This document shows positions 1 through 8,070 of a stretch of DNA of 64,000 nt, in pieces. The stretch covers positions 14,361 through 78,360 of the forward strand of contig JAKAJO010000069.1 in NCBI GenBank assembly GCA_021813745.1, given 5' to 3'. The translations under genes were made by a program, and so were the position numbers. Origin of the DNA: Acidobacteriota bacterium. Its GTDB lineage: Bacteria > Acidobacteriota > Terriglobia > Terriglobales > Acidobacteriaceae. The first letter of the stretch is position 1. Every line of letters starts with the position of its first letter. The notes below the pieces were generated by a model. It had not been told where the DNA came from. It saw only the letters and a program-made list of their open reading frames with translations, and did no database searches.

Positions 1-813
1 AAGGCTGCATCCATGGAGCGGATGGAATCTGCCGCGGCTTACGATCTTCTGGTCATCAGCGACAGTGACGTGCGCGTGACGCCGGACTATCTGCGCGCCG
101 TTGCGCTGCCTTTCGCGGATGCGCGCGTGGGTGGGAGCACGTGCCCGTATCGTGGCGTGGCTGCTGAGGGTGGCCTATGGGCGCGGCTGGAAGCGGTCGG
201 CATGAGCGTGGAAATGACGGCCGGCGTTCTGGTGGCGCGGATGATGGAAGGCATGCAGTTCACGCTCGGGCCGACGATGACCTTCCGGCGTGAGACCATT
301 CGCAGGATGGGAGGCTTCAAGGTCACGGCAGACTATTGCGCGGACGATTTTGTGCTGGGCAACGAGACGTGGAAGCTCGGACAGACTGTGGTCCTGAGCC
401 ACCATGCGATTGACCACATGGTCATCAACTCGAGCTTTCTTGCGTCCATGAAGCACCAGGTGCGCTGGATGAAGTCCACACGATTTTCGCGGCCCAAGGG
501 ACACTTTGGCACGGCGCTCACGTTCAGCACGCCCTTCGGGCTTCTGGCGCTGGCGGCTACCTGGGCGCTGGGGCATCCGTGCTTGGGGCTCGCTCTGCTG
601 GCCTGGAGCATTGGAACACGACTTGCGATGTCGATCGCGGTGGGAAGGCTCGTCGTGCAGGATCGGAGCTGGCTCGGGCTCCTGGTCCTCTACCCCATTC
701 GCGATCTGATGGGCTTCTGCTTCTGGGCGGCCAGCTACTCCTCAAGCCGCATCCTCTGGCGCGGGCATGTGTTTCAGTTGCTGCCGGGCGGCAGGATGCG
801 GGCCGCGGAATAG
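1..813 (+). CDS. Glycosyltransferase family 2 (ceramide glucosyltransferase / HpnI-like), C-terminal part; 5' end lies outside the window
   Basis: Frame 1 is open from nt 1. Contains the DxD-like 'VISDSDVRV', the (Q/R)xxRW-type motif 'HQVRWMKS' and C-terminal hydrophobic helices. Stop at 811-813. Confidence 0.7.
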   Translation, partial: KAASMERMESAAAYDLLVISDSDVRVTPDYLRAVALPFADARVGGSTCPYRGVAAEGGLWARLEAVGMSVEMTAGVLVARMMEGMQFTLGPTMTFRRETIRRMGGFKVTADYCADDFVLGNETWKLGQTVVLSHHAIDHMVINSSFLASMKHQVRWMKSTRFSRPKGHFGTALTFSTPFGLLALAATWALGHPCLGLALLAWSIGTRLAMSIAVGRLVVQDRSWLGLLVLYPIRDLMGFCFWAASYSSSRILWRGHVFQLLPGGRMRAAE

Positions 814-961
814 GCCTGTGGAAACGGCGCTGGACAGCAGCCTGCCTCAGGCATATTGATAGGCACTCCCCAGGCACAAGGTGCCGTGATGTCCTACAGG
901 GGATCGACTTCGTAATTTGCGAGCCAAGAGTCGATCATTCGCTGGGAGGGGTGAGCTGTAC

Positions 962-2297
962 ATGAAGAAAACGCTTCGAGGCAGCGCCTATCTGTTGGTG
1001 ATTGGTGGAGCTCTATTTCTCTTTTTGGGCGTGACTCTCTTGCACGTTGACCCTCTCGGTCTTGCAGATTTCAAGCAAATTTACTACGGTGCAAAATGCC
1101 TCGTTGCGCACCGCGATCCCTACCGGGACAGCGACCTTTGGAGTGTCTATCGAATGAACGGCGGCACATTGCCGAAGTTTCTTCCAATGGCGCCGCACTT
1201 GCGTGTGATTCTCTCCCAGTCCACCAATCTGCCGTTCACACTCTTAATTCTTGTGCCATTCACATTTTTACCGTGGACCGTGGCTTCGATGGTCTGGGTG
1301 GGAGCGATTGCGGCGTCATTTTTGCTGGCCTCATATCTTGTATGGAGATTGAGCGCACCCGCGAGTCCGGGAGTTGCGGGCGGCCTGTTGCTGCTGCTGC
1401 TCGCGAATAGCACACTGCTTCTTTCGACAGGGAATGCTGCGGGACTTGTTGTGAGCTTTGCAGTGATTGCGACATGGGCGATACTCCGAGATAGATATGC
1501 GCTTGCCGGCCCGATTCTTCTGGCTTTGAGCCTTGCAATAAAGCCGCACGACTCATGGCTCATCCTGGTCTACTTCTTTTTGGCTGGCGGGGCACTCAGA
1601 AGGCGAGCATGGCAAACGTTTGCCATCGCGTCCGCATTGACGCTGATTTCCTTCCTATGGATCTCGCACCTTGTGCCAAACTGGCCGCACGAGCTCCACT
1701 CTAATCTGGTTTCGAGTGCGTCACCGGGGGGGGCGCGACGACCCCGGACCGACGACATATGGCGGACGAGGCGTGGGAATGATCATCAGCCTTCAGGCGA
1801 CCATGAGCCTGATCCGTAATCAGCCGCGATTCTACAATTCGGCCACCTATCTGCTCTGTTGTGTCCTGCTTATGGTGTGGGCCTATCGGGTGTGGAAGCC
1901 ACGCATCCGACCCGCGCAGCCGTGGTTTGCTCTTGCGGCAATCGCGGCATTCACCATGTTGCCGGTCTATCATCGGACCTACGACGCCAAATTGCTGCTG
2001 CTGACGATTCCGGCGTGTGCAGTTCTGTGGTCAGAGAAGGGCTTCATTGCCTGGTGTGCCTTGATGCTCAATCTACTTGCCATCCTGTGTACGGGAGACG
2101 TAGCTCTACTCGTCTTTTTTATCTTCACTCACAACTCGCCGAAGAGCCTTGCGGTGGCATCGTATCTGGGAGCGCCCACGCTTGCTGCGACTGGGATCCT
2201 GTATTTATGGGCGCATTTGTTTCATCCTATTTCAGAAGCGCCTGTGCTGGACGCTGTGCGATCTGATCGCAGTGGGGGCGGCGCATCCCTCGATTGA
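962..2297 (+). pseudogene. DUF2029/GT87-like polytopic membrane glycosyltransferase with its reading frame interrupted at a G8 tract (true frameshift, phase-variable tract or assembly error)
   Basis: ORFs 917..1819 (frame 2) and 1671..2297 (frame 3) read as halves of one membrane protein. The N-half has 'ADFKQIYYGAKCLVAHRDPY' and 'LSLAIKPH'. ATG 962 is preceded by GGGAGGGG. Deleting one G at 1726-1733 gives about 444 aa. Confidence 0.6.
1726..1733. repeat. Homopolymer G8 tract inside the overlap of the two half-ORFs
   Basis: Direct reading of the sequence: tcacc-GGGGGGGG-cgcgacg. Confidence 0.95.
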
Positions 2298-2305
2298 ACT
2301 CGGCA

Positions 2306-4303
2306 TTACTGCAGCGGCCTGTCAGTCCACAATGCTTTGTCGGCGATGGACTTGACTGGATAGAGCCGGCCGGCGAGCAGCTGCTCCACTTTGCTCTGAT
2401 TGGTGTCCTGCGCGAAGAGCCATTTGCGCTCGCCCTTGCCCCACATTTGGGTTAGCTGATCCTCGCTGAGGAAGATGTGCGGCGCGTCCGGGTAGCAGGA
2501 TCCCCATAGCAGTGATGAACCCGCTCCGTAGGGTGAGCAGGGCTGGACTACGATGTAGGCCGGCTTGTGAAGAAAATTGTGCGTGTAGAAAACGATCGAG
2601 GATGCGTCCGATTGGTCACCGTAAATAATGAAGGAGTCCTGCGGTGAGCCATCGCGGAGGATGACGTCCGCAAGCTGCTTGGAGCTGAGCATGGGCTCAA
2701 AGCGCGCAAAAGCGATGTGCGCCGCGACAAGAAAGATTGCCGCAGTGAGAGCGACACTGACAGTTGCGGCGACATGCTTGCCTCGCCCGCGCAGAATCCA
2801 GCCAAGCAGCGGGCCGACCAGAAGGGTGATGGCTGCCAATACAGCGGGCAGTCGCAACGCCGCGAAGGAGGGACCGGTGAGGTCAAAGAGGTGGGACATC
2901 GACAGGGTGTAGCCACCCACATCCCGATGCGCGAGCAGCGTTCCGATATCTCCGACAAAGGGCAGGTTGCGGGATTGCCAGAGGCCCCAGCCGAGCGCGA
3001 TTGCCGACAACAGGCCGGCCACGGCAAAGACGGCATGCGCACCAGTGAGCCATGCGGGGGACAGACGTGGCTGGCCAGGCGCAGTGTTGACCGGATCGGC
3101 ACTCTCCTCCATGCCGGCCAGAACTCCTGCAATCAGAATCAATAGGGGAGGCCAGGCAGGAAATGTGTAGTATTCCTGGTTGGTTGAGATGGAAAAGAAG
3201 AGCAGTGTGAAGGCAACGAAGAGGCCCAGCAGCCACGCCGTGCGCACGCGAAACTTGAGACGAACCACATAAGTTGCGACATCTTCGCGAACCGCATTGT
3301 CCAGGTAGAAGTCCACCGTCTGGCCGGCATCGCGGTGCAGATGTTGCAGCCAGCTGTGGCGTGTCCTCCATGCAACCGCGAGGAGAGCGGGCAGGAAGAG
3401 GCTCCACGGGAAGAGCCAGACCAGGTGGAGCAGCCAGTAGGCCACGAAGGGCAAGCGGTTGTAATCATGCGGAAAGCGCTGGCCCAGGAAGCGCAGGACG
3501 TGCTCGTTGATGAAATAGAAATACCAGAAGCCATGCACGTTGCCGGGGGTGGGATGGTTGCCCACAGGATGGCCTTGATCCGGGTTGGCAAACCCTGCCA
3601 GGATATGCCACGGCGCCGTAACTGCGAGATAGAGAAGGAGTCCACTGAATGGCTTGAACTGGCCCAGGCGTCGCCACTGTCCGCTGAGAAGCAGAAGAGG
3701 AATGACGGCCCCAAGGAAGAAGACTGGTGCAATGAGGCCCTTGGTGAGTGTTGCCAAGGCCAGCGCCGTCCACATGATGTAGAAGCGTGCGGGCCGGTGG
3801 GACTCCATCCCGGTGAGAAAACAGTAGAGCGCGAGCAGAAAAAGGAAACTGAGCAGCGCCTCAGGAATGGAGAAGCGCGTGAAGAGAAAGGGACCGATGG
3901 CAGTGAGGATGCTGAGAGCTGCGTAAAAGCCGGCGCGCGGTCCCCATGCCCGTCCGGCCCAGAGCCATGCCAGCCATGCGCAGCCCAGCAAAGCGAGTGA
4001 GTTTTGCAGATGGGTTGCAAAGACATTTTCGCCGAAGATGCGGAACATCGCGGCGTCAATCCAGTAGGGCAGCGGCGGCTTTTCCAGGTAGCGGATCCCG
4101 TCAATCTGGAGCGTGATCCAATCTCCGCTCTCCAGAATATGCTGTGCCGCCTGCGCGTGGCTGGCATCCACGTCGTCCAGCAAGGGAGGCGAAAAGAGAG
4201 ACGCAAATTGCACGGCCGCAAAGATGGCTAGAAGCAACGCCCAGACAGCGAGGGCGGAAGGCGCCTGCGTGGGGCGGGAGGAAGTTGTCGATTCAGTCAT
4301 CAT
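2306..4303 (-). CDS. Glycosyltransferase family 39 (ArnT / PMT-like GT-C membrane glycosyltransferase)
   Basis: Lies in ORF 2306..4756. The likely start is ATG-ATG at 4303/4300 (MMTESTT...); the 151 upstream codons are R/A/P-rich low complexity. 'LEKPPLPYWIDAAMFRIFGENVFATHL' and more than 10 TM helices fit the family. Confidence 0.8.
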   Translation of the reverse strand: MMTESTTSSRPTQAPSALAVWALLLAIFAAVQFASLFSPPLLDDVDASHAQAAQHILESGDWITLQIDGIRYLEKPPLPYWIDAAMFRIFGENVFATHLQNSLALLGCAWLAWLWAGRAWGPRAGFYAALSILTAIGPFLFTRFSIPEALLSFLFLLALYCFLTGMESHRPARFYIMWTALALATLTKGLIAPVFFLGAVIPLLLLSGQWRRLGQFKPFSGLLLYLAVTAPWHILAGFANPDQGHPVGNHPTPGNVHGFWYFYFINEHVLRFLGQRFPHDYNRLPFVAYWLLHLVWLFPWSLFLPALLAVAWRTRHSWLQHLHRDAGQTVDFYLDNAVREDVATYVVRLKFRVRTAWLLGLFVAFTLLFFSISTNQEYYTFPAWPPLLILIAGVLAGMEESADPVNTAPGQPRLSPAWLTGAHAVFAVAGLLSAIALGWGLWQSRNLPFVGDIGTLLAHRDVGGYTLSMSHLFDLTGPSFAALRLPAVLAAITLLVGPLLGWILRGRGKHVAATVSVALTAAIFLVAAHIAFARFEPMLSSKQLADVILRDGSPQDSFIIYGDQSDASSIVFYTHNFLHKPAYIVVQPCSPYGAGSSLLWGSCYPDAPHIFLSEDQLTQMWGKGERKWLFAQDTNQSKVEQLLAGRLYPVKSIADKALWTDRPLQ

Positions 4304-4626
4304 GGAGATAACGGTGCTCAATCCCTTGGTGGATGAAGAGTGAACAAACAGGAACCTGTGGCGAGAAAGCTGCGCCCGCGACCGGAAGGTCCTGCCCCGC
4401 GCGGATGAATCCTCATGACATTGGCCCAGGCCTGGCTCGGGCCATCGGATGAGGCGTCTCCAGTCTTTCGCGAAGCCGTGGTACCGGCGGCAGCGCCGCA
4501 TCCAGTCTCTTGAAGGATAGCAGCAGGCGCGGCGTCCGGGGGCAATTCTCAAGGCAACAGGTCCAACTGGCACAGCCGTGGCGCGGCCGCGAGGTGCAAA
4601 ATAGAGTGGGCGAGGAGTGGCCGCCG

Positions 4627-5589
4627 ATGAAATTGCTCGTGATGAAACCGAGCGCTGAGAAGCCAATCGATCGAATTTGGCAGGCGCAGCTCCGCAATTG
4701 GCGATGTCTGGTGGAAGCATGCGCGCGAAAGGCGGGCAGGCGTCAGGTTCACGCACTGCGAGTCGTCACGCTACGTCTTCTTGCGTACGAACTGGAGCCT
4801 CGCGACTCGGCCCGGAAGACATTCGTGGAGCGCCTCGTTCAGGATTGGTTCAGGGAGACCACCCGGATACGCCGTGCATTGGGAGACGTGCGGGAACTGG
4901 ATGTCTTTCGCGCGTGTGCGGCCAATTTGCGCGCGGGGCTGGAGATGCCGGATGCGAGTCACCATCCCGTGAGCCGCGCAACCCTTCGGTCGCTGAACAA
5001 ACTCGATGAGAAACTCCGAGAGCGCCGCCGCAAAGCTGGAAAAAGGCTGGCCTACTGGATCGCGAAGAAGCAGGCGCATCTGATGGAGCTTTCGCTGGAG
5101 ATGGAAGCGTCGATGTGTGTCGCCCCTCAGATGGATGCAGAAGGATCGCTTGCCGCTGAGGTTGCAGCATTAGTTGAGGATTCTGCCTCGCTGGATGCTA
5201 GCAGTCTGCACGCCTTGCGCAAGCGTGTGAAACGCATCCGATACATTATGGAGGCAGCAGGCCGGGATCGCCCCGCGGCCAGACGAATCCTGCAGATTGT
5301 GCGCTCCGTGCAGACGGCCGTCGGGACATGGCACGACTGGGATGCCCTGTCGAAAGAGGCGCGCCGCATCATCTCTGGACGACAGGCAAAGGAGTTTCTT
5401 TTTCCGCTGCTGGACGAGTTGACCGCGGAGCGGCTCAAGCAGGCGATAGAGAGCTGTGAACGCATGCAGTTCCGCCTTCGCGAGCTGGTGCGGGATGTGG
5501 ATCAGCAGCCCCTGCATTCAACGGGCAGAAAGATGCCTGTCCGCCGTGTGGAAGCCAATTCTTCTGGCACTGGAGCGCAGGGCGCGTGA
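4627..5589 (+). CDS. CHAD domain-containing protein
   Basis: Start ATG 4627. Helical R/E/L-rich protein with 'SLHALRKRVKRIRYIMEAAG' and 'QTAVGTWHDWDALS', which resemble the conserved His/Arg helices of CHAD domains. Confidence 0.7.
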   Translation: MKLLVMKPSAEKPIDRIWQAQLRNWRCLVEACARKAGRRQVHALRVVTLRLLAYELEPRDSARKTFVERLVQDWFRETTRIRRALGDVRELDVFRACAANLRAGLEMPDASHHPVSRATLRSLNKLDEKLRERRRKAGKRLAYWIAKKQAHLMELSLEMEASMCVAPQMDAEGSLAAEVAALVEDSASLDASSLHALRKRVKRIRYIMEAAGRDRPAARRILQIVRSVQTAVGTWHDWDALSKEARRIISGRQAKEFLFPLLDELTAERLKQAIESCERMQFRLRELVRDVDQQPLHSTGRKMPVRRVEANSSGTGAQGA

Positions 5590-5603
5590 GCCTAAGGCTG
5601 CGC

Positions 5604-6275
5604 TTATTCGGCGTGAAGAACCACTTCGAACAGTAACAGGCTGACAGTCGTGAAGATGATGTCGTAGCCGACCAGAAGCTTGATCCACAGGGTGGGATCG
5701 CTTTCGCCTGTGAGGATGGCAGTTGTGGCCTGGACCATTGCCAGCAGGGCTGGCACGAAGATGGGGAAAAGAATCAGCGGGAGCAGCAGCTCACGGTTGC
5801 GGCTGCGGATGGAGAGCGCGGCGAAGAAGGTTCCGTTGGCCACCAGCGCCCACGTGCCGAGCGGCAGCACAATAGCCAGCAGCCAACCCTGGCCAAGAAT
5901 ACTGAGGTTGTACATCACCAGAAAAACGGGCGCGAGCAGAACCTGCACGATAGTGACGAAGAGAAAGTTGGCCAGCACCTTTGCAAGAAAGAGCTCTGCA
6001 CCGGGTGTGGGCGCCATACGTTGCGCGTCGAGCACCTGATGGCGAATCTCCCGTGCCCAGGCTTGGTTGAGCGCGCTGACGGAAGCGAACATGGTCGCTA
6101 CGGAGAGCACGCCACCCGCAATCTCACGAGCAAACGAGCCGCGCGGATCGAAGGCCAGCGAAAAGAGAACGACGACGAGCAGGGCGAAGAAGAGCATCGA
6201 GTTGATGGCTTCCTTGGATCGCCACTCGATGCGCAGGTCTTTAACAAGGTGGGTCCAGAGTGCGCGCGTAATCAC
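5604..6275 (-). CDS. ccmB: Heme exporter permease CcmB
   Basis: GTG 6275 overlaps the ybaK stop (GTGA). Six TM helices. 'LLLPLILFPIFVPALLAMVQATTAIL' resembles the CcmB core. The gene sits in ccm context. Confidence 0.8.
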   Translation of the reverse strand: MITRALWTHLVKDLRIEWRSKEAINSMLFFALLVVVLFSLAFDPRGSFAREIAGGVLSVATMFASVSALNQAWAREIRHQVLDAQRMAPTPGAELFLAKVLANFLFVTIVQVLLAPVFLVMYNLSILGQGWLLAIVLPLGTWALVANGTFFAALSIRSRNRELLLPLILFPIFVPALLAMVQATTAILTGESDPTLWIKLLVGYDIIFTTVSLLLFEVVLHAE

Positions 6276-6775
6276 GAATGCACCTCCGGCGCAGTCCGAG
6301 TCAGGTCCAACGTCTGAACAGGCACATCGAGCGCAGCCGCGGCACGCAGATAGTCATTGGGGCTGAGGATGAGTTGAGTTCCACGCGTTCCGGCAGAAAC
6401 GCTGATACGGTCAAACAGAATCACCGTCTCATCCACAAAGACCGGGAAGGCCTTCTTTGCCCCGAAAATCGTAACTCCGCCGCGGATATAGCCTGTGAGC
6501 GGCTGAACATCCTTAAGGGACACCATTTCGGCCTTGCGCAGCCCGGCGGCGCGCGCAAGTTTTTTGAAGTCCAATTCAGCATTGCCGGGAATCACGGCAA
6601 AGACAAACGCTCCCGGCCCGCCAGTCGTGAGCAGCGTCTTGAAAACCTGCTCCGCGGGCATACCGATTTTGCGAGCCACCGTGGTGGCAGAAAGATCATC
6701 GGGATCCACGTCGTACTCGCGCAGCTCAAAGGGAATATTGAGGCCTTCAAGGAATCGGGCGCCGTTGGTCTTCAT
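6272..6775 (-). CDS. ybaK: Cys-tRNA(Pro)/Cys-tRNA(Cys) deacylase YbaK
   Basis: ATG 6775 overlaps the ccmA stop (ATGA). 'QVFKTLL' and 'LTGYIRGGVTIFGAKKAFPVFVD' match the YbaK/EbsC family. 167 aa. Confidence 0.85.
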   Translation of the reverse strand: MKTNGARFLEGLNIPFELREYDVDPDDLSATTVARKIGMPAEQVFKTLLTTGGPGAFVFAVIPGNAELDFKKLARAAGLRKAEMVSLKDVQPLTGYIRGGVTIFGAKKAFPVFVDETVILFDRISVSAGTRGTQLILSPNDYLRAAAALDVPVQTLDLTRTAPEVHS

Positions 6776-7455
6776 GGTTGCGGACTCCCGGATTCAAACG
6801 AAGCGACGCGCCCGGCACGGAGCGTGAGCACCCAGTCGGCGATCGGCGCGGCGAGCTCGCGCTGGTGCGTCGTCAGGACAATGGTGCGATCGCTCTGTCG
6901 GAATTTGGCTAGCAACTGGACCATCTGGCGAGCCGATTCGATGTCCATATTGGAAAAGGGCTCGTCAAGCAGGAGCAGCTCCGGAATTGGCAGCAGGACG
7001 CGCGCCAGCGAAGTGCGCTGCCGCATTCCCTGCGAGTATTGGCCGATGGTGCGATTCAGCTGAGGGTCAAGCCCGACCTGTTGCAGGGCTTCCTCAGGGC
7101 TGAGGCAGGCCCGGCCAGGATAAAGGTTGGCGAAGTAGCGCAGGTTCTCCTGGGCAGTGAACTCGTCGTAAAGCATGGGGGAGTGGCTCATGTAGGCAAT
7201 GCGGTCGCGTGCCTCAAACGGACGCTGTCCGCCGAAGACTTCCACAGTGCCATGTGAGGGATGCAAAAGCCCAGCAAGAATGCGAAGCAGGGTCGATTTG
7301 CCTGCGCCGTTCTCCCCAAGCAGAACGTAACAACGGCCTGGCTCCAGATCCACAGTGATCTGGCGGAGGGCAGGGAAGGCGCCGAAGAGTTTGGAAACCT
7401 GAACCAGCCGCGCACAAAGAGGTGTGCGTGCGACCTCCGGGGCTTGCGCGCTCAT
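6772..7455 (-). CDS. ccmA: Heme ABC exporter ATP-binding protein CcmA
   Basis: Start ATG 7455. Walker A 'GENGAGKSTLLRILAG', signature-like 'YSQGMRQR', Walker B 'LLLLDEP'. About 227 aa, flanked by ccmE and ccmB. Confidence 0.8.
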   Translation of the reverse strand: MSAQAPEVARTPLCARLVQVSKLFGAFPALRQITVDLEPGRCYVLLGENGAGKSTLLRILAGLLHPSHGTVEVFGGQRPFEARDRIAYMSHSPMLYDEFTAQENLRYFANLYPGRACLSPEEALQQVGLDPQLNRTIGQYSQGMRQRTSLARVLLPIPELLLLDEPFSNMDIESARQMVQLLAKFRQSDRTIVLTTHQRELAAPIADWVLTLRAGRVASFESGSPQP

Positions 7456-7459
7456 GCAG

Positions 7460-7960
7460 TCAGTTGGCCGAGGCCATGCCGCCTGGACGGGGCGCAGGGG
7501 TATTGGCAGCGCGAGGGTTCTGCGGAGCCGCGCCGGGCTGGCCTGGCGCGTACTTGCTTGCACACTTGGCCTGCAGTTCCGTTGCGTGGAAGACGCCATC
7601 GTGCCCGTAAGTGCCCATGGCCAGCGCCTGCGCATCATCCTTGAAGGTGTCCGGTGGGGGTTCAGACCCTTTGTAGACCACCTTCAGCAAGCGTCCCGAA
7701 GAGGCCTTGGCAGAGTGGCTTTCAAACTCATTCAGCACAAAAGTGACATGAGGGCCATCCTGCTCAATGGAACCGGGCTGGACGAATCCTTCGACGCGCA
7801 GGTTGCTGGTGTAGGCCTTGTTGCCCATACCCCCAAGCTCCGCAATCGTTACGTAGTAGCTTTTGCTGGAGCCATAACCGCTGTATGCAAGCCATCCAAT
7901 CGTACCCACGATGATGGCGACCGCGATGCCGATGCGCAGCGAGTTTTTTGAGTTCTTCAT
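7460..7960 (-). CDS. ccmE: Cytochrome c maturation heme chaperone CcmE, CxxxY variant
   Basis: Start ATG 7960 (TTG 7972 is an alternative). N-terminal TM anchor, 'HVTFVL' and 'LKVVYKGSEPPPDTFKDDAQALAMGTY'. 'LQAKCASKY' stands where canonical CcmE has HxxxY. Confidence 0.85.
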   Translation of the reverse strand: MKNSKNSLRIGIAVAIIVGTIGWLAYSGYGSSKSYYVTIAELGGMGNKAYTSNLRVEGFVQPGSIEQDGPHVTFVLNEFESHSAKASSGRLLKVVYKGSEPPPDTFKDDAQALAMGTYGHDGVFHATELQAKCASKYAPGQPGAAPQNPRAANTPAPRPGGMASAN

Positions 7961-8070
7961 GACTAACTTCAACGATACGAGCCGTTCAGGACGGGGTCAA
8001 CTCTCTGAGACAACATGCGTGATTTACATCACAGTTCAGAAGGTCGTGAAGATCCTGCATTCCGGTTGAC

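Noticed and set aside
3139-4221. A 360-aa alternative-frame ORF on the same strand inside the GT39 gene.
   Set aside because: It is Ser/Arg/Cys/Trp-rich nonsense, while the other frame encodes clean TM helices and GT39 motifs.
4304-4756. A 151-codon N-terminal extension of the GT39 ORF. Similar extensions occur at 52598..52948 (oxidoreductase), 7456..7638 (ccmA), 26389..26502 (GGDEF), 20528..20656 (malic enzyme) and 12711..12794 (MFS).
   Set aside because: The extensions are R/P/A-rich and lack family similarity. Internal ATG codons with an SD, or alignment to the expected family N-terminus, give normal protein lengths.
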